A model generated the notes under the pieces. That model was not told the DNA's origin. It saw only the letters and a list, made by a program, of their open reading frames with translations, and did no database searches. 64,000 nucleotides of DNA from Verrucomicrobiia bacterium (GTDB lineage Bacteria > Verrucomicrobiota > Verrucomicrobiia > Palsa-1439). Below are positions 9,218 to 18,218 of this stretch, piece by piece (within the stretch, counting starts at the first letter, position 1; each line of letters opens with the position of its first letter). Where the stretch lies: positions 1,502-65,501 of the forward strand of contig JBKQMH010000151.1 in the NCBI GenBank assembly GCA_052146795.1, given 5' to 3'. Position numbers and translations under genes: made by a program.

Positions 9218-11134
9218 TTACGGCAACAATACGCGCACGCGGTAATACAGGTCGGGACTGGCCGTTACATTCGAGTCCGTCATGCTGGTGATGGTACCGG
9301 AGCCGTTCCCGCCACTGAGAATATTGGTCTGGCCCGTATCCTCCCAACCGCCATTCGTGTAGTCGCCGATGGCGTCACCGGTTGTGTAATCCAGCACGTT
9401 CGTCCGCGACGCAATCCCCGGCATGTAACTGTTGTCCCCGTTGGCGCCAAGATATGTCACTACCACGTTCGTATTCCCCGCCACCAACTGCTCCGCGATG
9501 CTGATAATGTGCAGGTACGCTGCCCCGTTGGTGGCATTGAAGCCCGCCATGAACTTGTTGGTGTTGCTCATGCCGTCGCCCGTGTAGGAGGCGTTCGGAC
9601 CACATAACGCGCAGTTGTTGGTGAGACCGTAGCCCCGCTGCCACCACGCGAATGGATCGTACACGCTGATCAAGTTCACCACCGTGTCCGTACTGGACTC
9701 ACCATTACCGGTCACGATTTCCTGCACGGTGTAGGAGCCCGGATTCACGTAGATGTCCGACGGGTTCTGACTGCTCGACGTGTTGCCATCCCCAAACGCC
9801 CATGCCCAGCCTGTGGGCGAGCCGGTCGAGGTATCGTAAAAATACACAGTCAGTGGCGCCGGCCCGCTGGCGGGATTGTTCGTGAAACTCGCCACCGGCG
9901 GCGGGGGTGTCGCACTGCGGACCACAATGTAGTTGGGCTTGGTGTTGGTGTTGGACCCGCCAAGGCCGCTGACGATCAAACTTACCTGGTTGCTGCCCGT
10001 CGTTTGATAAACGTACTGAACGCTCGTCGCCGTGGTGTTCGTGGTGCCACCATCCCCAAAGCTCCAGAACCGATTGGTAATCGAGCCGGTCGACGTGTCT
10101 GCGAACGTCACGGTCAGGGGTGCGGACCCATTGGTGGGACTGCCGCTGAAAAGGGCCGACGGCGGACCAACCGATCCCAGGCTCGAGAGACCCAGCGTGA
10201 CCAATTCGTAGGCGGCCGGCACATTCGTGGTTTGGCCGGCCGTCATCCCCGCAATGTTGTTGGATACCATCAACATATCGGTGCGGTTCAGCGCGTTGAC
10301 CGTCACCGCCTGATTGGAAACCAGTCCTGACGCCAGTCTCGCCGCGTAGGTATTGGTAATGATCCGGCACCGCACCGTTACCGGAACATTCGAAGGCATC
10401 GGGCTGGTCGGTTGGAACCAAAAGAAACTGCTGACAAAATCATTCGTCAATCCCGACATCGCGATGCCCTGCCATTGGGAGTAATTAATGTTCGGGCTTA
10501 CCCAGGTGAACATCAGGTGGCTGCCGTCGGACAACACGGTGGCGATCATTCGATCGAACCCGTTGAACAGCTCCTTTTCATAGGTGGTGGATTCGGTAAG
10601 GGCATAGGCGTCGTTCGTGATGTTCGCGTGGTAGTCGCTGTCGAAGACAAAGGTGCCGGAGCCGGCGTTCCATGTGTCCACCTCGGTTATCGGGTGGATC
10701 TCATACTGCCGTTCCCCCTGGTGCTCGGTATAAAAGCGAAAGATCCCGTGCGTTCTGCCCTGATCCGTATTTAGCGTGTTCAGATGGGAGACCTGGGCGG
10801 ACGTCACGTTGATGACTTCGGTGTGGATCGGTGAGTAACCTGAGTTGGAGCCGGTCTTGCCGGTACCAGACGAATTGATGGCCATCTCGATATCCTCATC
10901 GCCATCGGAGTTGATGGAACCGCTGGGGAACAAGAACTGCCACAAATTCGTACCGCCGCCGATCGATGGGTACTGCGCGTTGGCCAACGGGGAAATCTGG
11001 AGGCTGTCCACCTCCCACAAACTGGCCATCAGATTGACTTCAGCAAAGGTATTGGTCATGATCGTCTGTGCACGGACCACCCCGGCACAGATAAACAGAG
11101 CGACCCCAGCCAGCACGACCTTTTTCGTCACCAT
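9218..11134 (-). CDS. Secreted PKD-domain protein (two PKD domains)
   Basis: Signal peptide MVTKKVVLAGVALFICAGVVRAQ. Two PKD signatures (PLTVTFADTSTGSITNRFWSFGDGGT and PLTVYFYDTSTGSPTGWAWAFGDGNTSS). Thr/Ser/Asn-rich. Confidence 0.7.
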   Translation of the reverse strand: MVTKKVVLAGVALFICAGVVRAQTIMTNTFAEVNLMASLWEVDSLQISPLANAQYPSIGGGTNLWQFLFPSGSINSDGDEDIEMAINSSGTGKTGSNSGYSPIHTEVINVTSAQVSHLNTLNTDQGRTHGIFRFYTEHQGERQYEIHPITEVDTWNAGSGTFVFDSDYHANITNDAYALTESTTYEKELFNGFDRMIATVLSDGSHLMFTWVSPNINYSQWQGIAMSGLTNDFVSSFFWFQPTSPMPSNVPVTVRCRIITNTYAARLASGLVSNQAVTVNALNRTDMLMVSNNIAGMTAGQTTNVPAAYELVTLGLSSLGSVGPPSALFSGSPTNGSAPLTVTFADTSTGSITNRFWSFGDGGTTNTTATSVQYVYQTTGSNQVSLIVSGLGGSNTNTKPNYIVVRSATPPPPVASFTNNPASGPAPLTVYFYDTSTGSPTGWAWAFGDGNTSSSQNPSDIYVNPGSYTVQEIVTGNGESSTDTVVNLISVYDPFAWWQRGYGLTNNCALCGPNASYTGDGMSNTNKFMAGFNATNGAAYLHIISIAEQLVAGNTNVVVTYLGANGDNSYMPGIASRTNVLDYTTGDAIGDYTNGGWEDTGQTNILSGGNGSGTITSMTDSNVTASPDLYYRVRVLLP

Positions 11135-11210
11135 TGGCGAAGCATCTCACAGATTGGCCAACATCGCAAGAAAAACTTGGGCTATGCGGAACCTTCTTAC
11201 CGGCGGAGAT

Positions 11211-11657
11211 TCACTTGTGCGCGGCGGGGACAGCCGCGGTATTGGTAGAACTACCGGTGTTCGGCTCTTCCGTCCCATTGAAATAGTATGACACCCTCGT
11301 GCCATCCTTTTTCATCCATTGCAGACGGCCGCCGACATGGGTGGCCCCGATATTGCCGAGCCAGTCGATCACCTCGCCGACGCCGTTGGTCTGCGAGACG
11401 TCGAACTCCGCTTCGTGCTCTTCTCGTTCGCCATGGTACCCCGCTGGTTGGAACCCCTTGGCTAGGAACACCGTCGATGAGAATTTTCCGTCGGCAAAGC
11501 TCAGCGTGTCGTCGAATCCCTGGTCACTCTTGTCAGCGGGTGCGTCCGCGAGAACAATTCTTACCTTGGCGCGTATGCCGTCCAAGGCCCCGGCCCCGCA
11601 GTTCATCGCAATGACCGTCAGCGCCACAATACCCAGTGCGCAGAGGGTGAGCCTCAT
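11211..11657 (-). CDS. Hypothetical secreted protein
   Basis: Signal-like MRLTLCALGIVALTVIAMNC. No recognisable domain. Start chosen at MRL. Confidence 0.35.
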   Translation of the reverse strand: MRLTLCALGIVALTVIAMNCGAGALDGIRAKVRIVLADAPADKSDQGFDDTLSFADGKFSSTVFLAKGFQPAGYHGEREEHEAEFDVSQTNGVGEVIDWLGNIGATHVGGRLQWMKKDGTRVSYYFNGTEEPNTGSSTNTAAVPAAHK

Positions 11658-11861
11658 AAATCGGCTCGTCTTTGCTTCGTGGTACATAGCTGCGAAGTGT
11701 AGCAAGTTTCCGTGGCCAAGCAAGCGCCCGTGCGGGATACCGGTCGCACTTCAAACCAGGCGCACGGGTACTATCGGTTCGGCACTACCCCATGAGGATT
11801 CGGCGTGAGCGGGCCGGTGGCAGCTGATGCCATCGCCCTTGCGCCGCCGCCTGCCGGATTC

Positions 11862-11915
11862 CCTTCGTCATTTCAAATCGCAGGGTTCGCAAACCGTCCG
11901 AAGCGGGAACTCCTT
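11862..11915. repeat. Intergenic repeat family B, copy B3 (partial)
   Basis: TTCAAATCGCAGGGTTCGCAAACCGTCCGAAGCGGGAACTCC. Confidence 0.55.
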
Positions 11916-11992
11916 TTTGTGCTTTCTTCGCGGTTCCGTCAGGAGTCTAATGGGGTTCACACACTTGGCGGATGTAGAAGTTAGGAGAATTT

Positions 11993-12271
11993 ATGAAACT
12001 GAGAACGACGGAGGACGTCCTGCTGATAGTTGCCTTTACCCTTATTGCCGCAGGCCTTATCCTCGGCATTGGCGGCTGGATGTGGGGTCTGAACGCTTTG
12101 TCCGGTGTTGTGGGCACCACGGCGACCCCGCCCGGACACGTTCAGACCGGAATTAGCGTTGTGTTCATCTGCTTTTTCATAGCCACTCCGATGTTGATTA
12201 TAGGATTTCTCATGCTTGTAGTATCCGTTATCGTTCATTTCGCGACGAAGCGGAAAGGCCATGCAAACTGA
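11993..12271 (+). CDS. Small membrane protein (2-3 TM), unknown function
   Basis: 92 aa, hydrophobic helices, AGGAG 7 nt upstream of the ATG. Confidence 0.45.
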   Translation: MKLRTTEDVLLIVAFTLIAAGLILGIGGWMWGLNALSGVVGTTATPPGHVQTGISVVFICFFIATPMLIIGFLMLVVSVIVHFATKRKGHAN

Positions 12272-12312
12272 ACCACATGGTGGAGCGAACTGACGAGCCG
12301 CTACGCGGTAAT

Positions 12313-12415
12313 CCTCGGGAGTTCAAACCGCAAGGTTCACAAACCGTCCGAGGCGAGGAGCCGTTTTGTTTATACGGCACAATTGGGAAACCTCGGCTGA
12401 GTGTGTGGGATCGTT
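12313..12415. repeat. Intergenic repeat family B, copy B4
   Basis: CCTCGGGAGTTCAAACCGCAAGGTTCACAAACCGTCCGAGGCGAGGAG...CTCGGCTGAGTGTGTGGGATCG. Retains the CTCGG/CCGAG inverted repeat. Confidence 0.65.
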
Positions 12416-12488
12416 TTAGACCTCGGCGACACCGTGGTGATCCAACAGCCCACTCGACTTGCCGGGGCGCCACTGTTACCGTTCGGCC

Positions 12489-14456
12489 ATGTCTGGGGGT
12501 ACTACGGCACTCGGGTTGTCTGAGGTTGCGGAACCCGCGGCCTCACCGCACCGATGGAAGACCATCCTTGGCGGTGGGATGATTGTCCTCGCCGCTCTGG
12601 CGGCCTACCACAACAGCTTCGCAACGCCATTTCTCTTTGATGATCTCGCCTCGGTTGAGAAAAATCTGACCATTCGCCATCTCTGGCCGATCTGGAAAGC
12701 CCTGTCGCCGTCCGCCACTTCGCTCGTGGGAGGTCGCCCGGTCGTGAACCTCTCTCTGGCCCTCAACTATGCGCTGGGGGGGACGGGCGTGTGGGGTTAT
12801 CACGCGTTCAATCTGAGCGCGCATGTTCTGGCGGGCTTGACGCTGTATGGCATCGTGCGGCGGACATTCTTGAGCCCGTTGTTGCGGGAACGATTCGGCG
12901 CGGCGGCCGAGTGGGTAGCTCTGGCGGTGGCGGTCATCTGGACGGTTCATCCGCTGCAGACGGAAGCAGTGACCTACATATCCGAACGTTGCGAGTCGTT
13001 GATGGGGTTGTTCTACCTGCTGACGGTGTATTGCTTCATTCGTGGGACGAACGCCCAGAGATCGGTCTGGTGGTTCACCTTGTCCGTGGCCGCGTGTTTC
13101 CTGGGCATGGCGAGCAAGGAGGTGATGGTGACGGCTCCCGTGATGGTGCTGCTGTATGATCGGACGTTTGTCAGCGGGAACGTTCGGGAAGCATGGACTC
13201 GACATTGGCGCCTGTATCTGGGGTTGGCCAGCAGTTGGCTGTTGCTGGGCTGTTTGATGGCCGATTTGCACAACCGCGGTGTCGGCTATGGCTTGGGGAT
13301 TGCGTGGTGGGGCTATGCGCTGATGGAATGTCGAGCGGTGGTGCAGTACCTCCGGCTCGCCGTTTGGCCGCATCCGCTGATTTTGGATTACGGAGAGTAT
13401 GTGCCGACAGGGCATCTGGCGGCGGCACCGTACGTACTGATTCTGGCGGCCCTGGCAACCGGCGTTTTGTTCGCGCTGAAGCGGTACCCAGCCATCGGGT
13501 TTGTTGGGGCCTGGTTTTTCGTGATTCTGGCTCCGACCTCCAGCGTGGTGCCGATTGGGGGATCACCGATGGCGGAACACCGGATGTACCTGCCGCTGGC
13601 ATCCGTGGTTACGATGACCGTGGTCGCCGCGTTTGCGCTCGGGAAATGGCCGTTACATAAGCAGCAGGGTGCCGTACTGGGATGCGTGGCGGGTGGTTTC
13701 GTGGTGGTGCTGCTCACATTCCTCACAATCCAACGGAATCGGGACTACAACTCGGCGGTGACCATCTGGCAGGACGCTGTGGAGAAACGTCCCAACAACC
13801 CCCGTGCCCACTACAATCTGGGGGTCGCCTTGGGGCCAGCGGGGAAAATTGACGATGCCGTTGAACACTATGAACAGGCGCTACGGATCAAGCCGGATTA
13901 CGCCGAGGCACACTACAATCTGGGGGTTGCCTTGGGGCAACTGGGCAAGATCGACGATGCCATTGAACACTATGAACAGGCGCTGCGTTTCAACCCCGAT
14001 TACGCCGATGCGCACGACAACTTGGGGACCGCCTTGAGGCAAGTGGGCAAGATTGACGATGCCATTGAACAGTATGAGCAGGCCCTGCGGATCAAGCCCG
14101 ATTTTGCCATGGCGCACTACAACCTCGGGAATGCCTTGAGGCAAGTGGGCAGGATTGACGATGCCATCGTCCATTACCAGCAGGCCCTGCGGATCGAACC
14201 CGATTTCGCCGACGCGCACAACAACCTGGGGACCGCCTTGGGGCGCGCGGGCAGGATACCGGAGGCGATAGAGCATTTGCAGCAAGCGCTGCGGATCAAG
14301 CCCGATTTCGCTGAGGCACACTGCAACTTGGGGATCGCCTTGGGGCAGGCGGGCAGAACACCGGAGGCGATAGAGCATTTGCAGCAGGCGCTGCGGATCA
14401 AGCCCGATTTCGCCCAAGCGCAGAACGCGCTGGCGCGACTGCAAGCCCGCCAGTGA
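12489..14456 (+). CDS. TMTC-like protein, paralog of 7020..8945 (membrane domain + TPR array)
   Basis: Same LAAYHNSFATPFLFDD...IRHLWPIW signature. Colinear with the first copy. C-terminus nearly identical (ALRIKPDFAQAQNALARLQARQ*). Alternative start MIVLAAL at 12579. Confidence 0.7.
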   Translation: MSGGTTALGLSEVAEPAASPHRWKTILGGGMIVLAALAAYHNSFATPFLFDDLASVEKNLTIRHLWPIWKALSPSATSLVGGRPVVNLSLALNYALGGTGVWGYHAFNLSAHVLAGLTLYGIVRRTFLSPLLRERFGAAAEWVALAVAVIWTVHPLQTEAVTYISERCESLMGLFYLLTVYCFIRGTNAQRSVWWFTLSVAACFLGMASKEVMVTAPVMVLLYDRTFVSGNVREAWTRHWRLYLGLASSWLLLGCLMADLHNRGVGYGLGIAWWGYALMECRAVVQYLRLAVWPHPLILDYGEYVPTGHLAAAPYVLILAALATGVLFALKRYPAIGFVGAWFFVILAPTSSVVPIGGSPMAEHRMYLPLASVVTMTVVAAFALGKWPLHKQQGAVLGCVAGGFVVVLLTFLTIQRNRDYNSAVTIWQDAVEKRPNNPRAHYNLGVALGPAGKIDDAVEHYEQALRIKPDYAEAHYNLGVALGQLGKIDDAIEHYEQALRFNPDYADAHDNLGTALRQVGKIDDAIEQYEQALRIKPDFAMAHYNLGNALRQVGRIDDAIVHYQQALRIEPDFADAHNNLGTALGRAGRIPEAIEHLQQALRIKPDFAEAHCNLGIALGQAGRTPEAIEHLQQALRIKPDFAQAQNALARLQARQ

Positions 14457-14492
14457 GTGGCAGGCTCCCGTGTATCAGTTCGGAGGTTTGGA

Positions 14493-15149
14493 ATGGATAT
14501 CTCTTTCTCGTGTGCCGATTGCGGTCAAAAGCTTGTCGTCGATGAATCGGGCACCGGTCTGGTTGTCCCGTGTCCGACGTGTGGGCATAATCTTACGATT
14601 CCTGCTGCCCCAACTCTTGCGGGAACGACTTCGAGAAAACCGTCAGCGACAAGCGCCGCAACCTCATCGGCGGGTCCAAGCAAATCCAATTGGCAGCCAA
14701 AGATTCCCAAGGCCGAGAAATGGATGGTTGCACTGGGGGGCGCGTTGCTCGGCATCGGATTGTTAGGCTTCTTCGGCTACACATTCTACGGCAGGCTGTC
14801 GCAGAAAGATCCCCCGGCTCTGCTGAAACAGCACGTGGCGACCATGCAGGAGACGTATGCCGGGCTTTTTCATGCGAAGATTGTCGAGTGCACCTATGAT
14901 GTGCAGAAGACCGACTCTCTGGTCTCCCCCTATATCGGGTATGTGAACTACACCGAAGACATGGGCAAAGGCGCGATGGCGAAATACAAAATCACCCTAG
15001 CATTTCAAGACGGTGCATGGGTGTTACAGACTGTACAGAGGCAGTTTGTCTGGGCGGGAGGCTCAAGCTCTTGGAAAGAAATTTTGCCTTCCGATGACAC
15101 CGCCAGTAGCGCTCCGTTCCGGGTGGTTAAGCATGCCCTCGGACTGTAA
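14493..15149 (+). CDS. Zinc-ribbon (CxxC...CPTC) membrane-anchored hypothetical protein
   Basis: MDISFSCADCGQKLVVDESGTGLVVPCPTCGH, one TM helix, then a C-terminal soluble domain. GGAGG 6 nt upstream of the ATG. Confidence 0.5.
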   Translation: MDISFSCADCGQKLVVDESGTGLVVPCPTCGHNLTIPAAPTLAGTTSRKPSATSAATSSAGPSKSNWQPKIPKAEKWMVALGGALLGIGLLGFFGYTFYGRLSQKDPPALLKQHVATMQETYAGLFHAKIVECTYDVQKTDSLVSPYIGYVNYTEDMGKGAMAKYKITLAFQDGAWVLQTVQRQFVWAGGSSSWKEILPSDDTASSAPFRVVKHALGL

Positions 15150-15425
15150 GGATGCGCCGACATGTTTTCCCCAAATCATCACACTGTCGGACTTGTCGGT
15201 ATATGCAAGGCGGTGCTGACAAGCAACCACTTCAACGGCGCGAAAAAGGACAATGAAGCCCATAAATACGCGCCCGCACCGTTCGTCGTTCTGTGTTGAC
15301 AGCGACTCCGAAGCGGACAAAAATTGGCACGGTAACAATAACAGCGTTCCATTGGCGTGCCGCGTTTTGCAGCCAACTCGCCACTCAGGTATGACGTGAA
15401 GAAAAATAATTCTGTGAACCTAAAG

Positions 15426-16109
15426 ATGTTGCTGTTTGGTGTTGGTTTGTCGTTGATGTTGGCTGGACAAACACTCCGCGCCCAGCAACGCGATGCTGAC
15501 CTCGCGCGAATCCACGAACTCCGAGCCAGTGCGGACCGAGGCGATGCCAAAGCCCAGATTGAATTAGGCGTCTGCTACGACAAGGGCCAGGGCGTGAGGA
15601 AAGATGAGGTGGAGGCGGTGAAATGGTTTCGCAAAGCCGCCGAGCAGAATCTCGCCGTGGCTCAATACAATCTGGGCGTCTCCTACGCCACCGGCCAGGG
15701 CGTGACGAACGATGTGGTGGAGGCAACGAAATGGTTTCGCAAAGCCGCCGAGCAGAATCTCGCCGCAGCTCAATACAATCTGGGCTGCGGCTACTACACG
15801 GGCCAGGGCGTGACGAACGATGTGGTGGAGGCACCGAAATGGTTTCGCAAAGCCGCCGAGCAGAATCTCGCCGCGGCTCAATACAATCTGGGCGACTGCT
15901 ACGACAGGGGCCACGGCGTGAAGAAGGATGAGGTGGAGGCGGTGAAATGGATGGCACTGGCGGCGGCGCAGGGTATGGAGGAGGCAAAGGCTGCCATCCC
16001 TTTGCTTCAAAAGAAGCTGCCAGAGAAGCAAATTGAGGACGGGGAATGGCGCGCGATTGATTGGCTCGAAAATTGGAAGAGGGCGACGGCAACTGCGCCG
16101 CAGCAGTAG
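15426..16109 (+). CDS. Sel1-repeat (HcpA-like) secreted protein
   Basis: Signal peptide MLLFGVGLSLMLAGQTLRA. At least 4 Sel1 repeats (KWFRKAAEQNLAxAQYNLGxxYxxGxGVxxD). Confidence 0.7.
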   Translation: MLLFGVGLSLMLAGQTLRAQQRDADLARIHELRASADRGDAKAQIELGVCYDKGQGVRKDEVEAVKWFRKAAEQNLAVAQYNLGVSYATGQGVTNDVVEATKWFRKAAEQNLAAAQYNLGCGYYTGQGVTNDVVEAPKWFRKAAEQNLAAAQYNLGDCYDRGHGVKKDEVEAVKWMALAAAQGMEEAKAAIPLLQKKLPEKQIEDGEWRAIDWLENWKRATATAPQQ

Positions 16110-16152
16110 CGGCGAGACTGCGGCTTACACAAACTCTTCAACGGTACGAAAA

Positions 16153-16566
16153 ATGATAATCAAGCAACTGAATACGAGACGAGTCATCGCCGTGTTGTCA
16201 AGTGTGGTATGTATCTGGCTGGCGCTGTCGACGACGACGTGTTTTGGCGGGGAGACCGTTGAGCCGGGGCGAGCCGTCTTGGACAAACTCCTCAAGGCAA
16301 TCGAAACGAACGACCACGACGCCGTCATGGCGGTGGATGGCACCGACGGTTTCAAGGCGGCTTTGACAAAGGAGAGTCTGGCAGGAGCCAGCGGCCAGCT
16401 TTCGCCACGGATGAAGAAGGGGTATCAGTGTTTGTATCTGGGCGAATTGAAACAGCATGGCACTCGGGTTCTTCTTTGGAAGCTCGTGTTCAAGGATGGC
16501 GGTGATGACACGCTGGCCAGGCTCATTCTGAAGGACGGCAAGGTGGCCGGGTTTGGGTTGCAATAA
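16153..16566 (+). CDS. Hypothetical secreted protein
   Basis: MIIKQLNTRRVIAVLSSVVCIWLALS signal-like N-terminus. No known domain. Confidence 0.4.
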   Translation: MIIKQLNTRRVIAVLSSVVCIWLALSTTTCFGGETVEPGRAVLDKLLKAIETNDHDAVMAVDGTDGFKAALTKESLAGASGQLSPRMKKGYQCLYLGELKQHGTRVLLWKLVFKDGGDDTLARLILKDGKVAGFGLQ

Positions 16567-16635
16567 TAGCTCGCCGTTCGTTCCGTTTCCTTCAACCATA
16601 GGCCACGCCATTGTCTTCGCTCGGGCATTAGGCTG

Positions 16636-16778
16636 ACGTGCACTACAATCTGGGGGTCGCCTTGGGCCAAGCGGGCAGGATGCCGAAAGCGATCGAGCAA
16701 CTTGAACAGTCGCTAAAACCCCGGCCAATTTTGCCCCGCGACAAACGCGTTGGCACGACTGCAAGCTGGCCACTAAGT
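16636..16778 (+). pseudogene. Orphan 3' fragment of a TMTC/TPR-family gene (last TPR + C-terminus), degenerate
   Basis: Nucleotide similarity to 8800..8945 (CACTACAATCTGGGGGTCGCCTTGGG...GCAAGCTGGCCACTAAGTGG against ...GCAAGCTCGCCAGTAAGTGA), followed by repeat B5 exactly as at the intact gene ends. No upstream membrane domain. Confidence 0.5.
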
Positions 16779-16782
16779 GGCA

Positions 16783-16900
16783 ACCCTCGGACGTTCAAAC
16801 CCCAAGGTTCGCAATTCGTCCAACGCGGGGAGGCATTTTGAGATGGCGCAAATGGGGAACTCCTGCTGAGGGATGTGGCCGTCGAGGCCCACAATTCCAA
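16783..16900. repeat. Intergenic repeat family B, copy B5 (full length)
   Basis: CCCTCGGACGTTCAAACCCCAAGGTTCGCAATTCGTCCAACGCGGGGAG...CAAATGGGGAACTCCTGCTGAGGGATGTGGCCGTCGAGGCCC. Confidence 0.7.
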
Positions 16901-16919
16901 GTGGGGGGGTGGTGGCGGC

Positions 16920-18218
16920 CTACTCAACCGTACCAATCTGGAAGTTCAGAATGGCCCGCTGGATCTCATAGTCGTACTTGGCGCTGGTATTGGCGATCTG
17001 GGCTGATGTCATGTCGAGCTGAGATTGGCTGACCTCGACGATGGAACTGCTTCCCATCGTGTAGCGGGCCTGCGCCAAATCAAAGGCCAGACTCGCGTTC
17101 TCGAAGAGCTTCTGGGTCAGGTCGAGCCGTTCGTAGGCGTAATTGACATTCAGGCCGGCGTTCCGCACGTCCTGGATGGCCGTGTTCTCGGCGTCGCGAA
17201 GTGATTCGGCGGCGGCTTGCGCGCGTAGTTCGGCTTCGGATGCCTTGGCCGCGTTCAACCCGGCATCGAAGACCGGGAGGCTCAAGTTGACGCCGGCAGC
17301 GGCGTAGCGATCCTCAAAATGGGCTGTATCACGAATCGGGATCAGCCCCCCGGCACCAAACGCCATGATGGTCGGATAGTTCAACGCCTTTTGGGCCCGG
17401 GCAAATTGCGAGGCGGAATCACGTTCCAACCGCAATCGGGCCAAATCCGGGCGTTGCGACAATGCGGTATCGACCAGCCCGGTGGGATCGACGGTCTTGG
17501 GCGCTGGCCTGGACTCTTCAATCAAACGATAGACACGGCGGTTGCGATCTCCCAAGACCGTGGACAGGGCATTGAACGCCTGATCCAAATCGTTTTGAGC
17601 CTGGGCGACCAACAATTGGCCCTGTTCGTAGGTCACGGCGGCGAAACGCAAATCGAGTTCCGACCGAAGTTTGTTGGTGGTCAGGGCGGTGATCTGGTCC
17701 AACAAGACCTTGCGCGTTTCCAGGGTTTGGCGGGCCACGTCCAACACCGATTGTGCCTTCAGCGCTGTGAAGAATGCCACGTCTACCTGGAGCACGATTT
17801 CATCCCGTGTGGCCTCGGTGTTGGCGGACGCTGCACGTGAGGACAATCGCGAACTGTTCAGCAGGTGCGCCGTCCGTCCGAAATCGGTCAGCAATTGGGT
17901 GACCATCACCCCATCCGCCTCGCGCTGGTAGATAGACGAATTCGCCAAGCCGCCCGCCGCAATGCGGGTGTTGGCGTCCCCGTGCCCGACCGCCGTGGCG
18001 TCAAACATCACATTCGGCAGGAGCCCGGCCCGCACCTGTGTAATCACCTGCTTCGATGCCAGCGCCTGCAAGTCGGCTTCGGAGATCTTCGGATGATTGC
18101 GCAGTGCGATATTCCGCGCCTCGCGTAGCGTCAGTGGTTGCAGTTCCTCCGCATTGGCCGGACTGAGGCCAATTGCGAGACAACAGACAGCGGCGAGGTG
18201 GGTCCGTCCCCAGTTCAT
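16920..18218 (-). CDS. Outer-membrane efflux protein (TolC/OprM family)
   Basis: Signal peptide, two OEP repeat halves. 4-nt overlap with the upstream RND gene. Confidence 0.8.
   Translation of the reverse strand: MNWGRTHLAAVCCLAIGLSPANAEELQPLTLREARNIALRNHPKISEADLQALASKQVITQVRAGLLPNVMFDATAVGHGDANTRIAAGGLANSSIYQREADGVMVTQLLTDFGRTAHLLNSSRLSSRAASANTEATRDEIVLQVDVAFFTALKAQSVLDVARQTLETRKVLLDQITALTTNKLRSELDLRFAAVTYEQGQLLVAQAQNDLDQAFNALSTVLGDRNRRVYRLIEESRPAPKTVDPTGLVDTALSQRPDLARLRLERDSASQFARAQKALNYPTIMAFGAGGLIPIRDTAHFEDRYAAAGVNLSLPVFDAGLNAAKASEAELRAQAAAESLRDAENTAIQDVRNAGLNVNYAYERLDLTQKLFENASLAFDLAQARYTMGSSSIVEVSQSQLDMTSAQIANTSAKYDYEIQRAILNFQIGTVE

Noticed and set aside
15385-16092. Minus-strand ORFs (235 and 155 aa) inside the Sel1-repeat gene
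   Set aside because: Antisense of a repetitive gene, with Pro/Arg/Ser-rich periodic translations.
6492-17000. Hypothesis of a tRNA-integrated genomic island covering the repeat-rich patch
   Set aside because: No integrase, no duplicate of the tRNA 3' end, and the patch is on the 5' side of the tRNA. Only the 16-nt anticodon-arm duplicate is reported as an observation.
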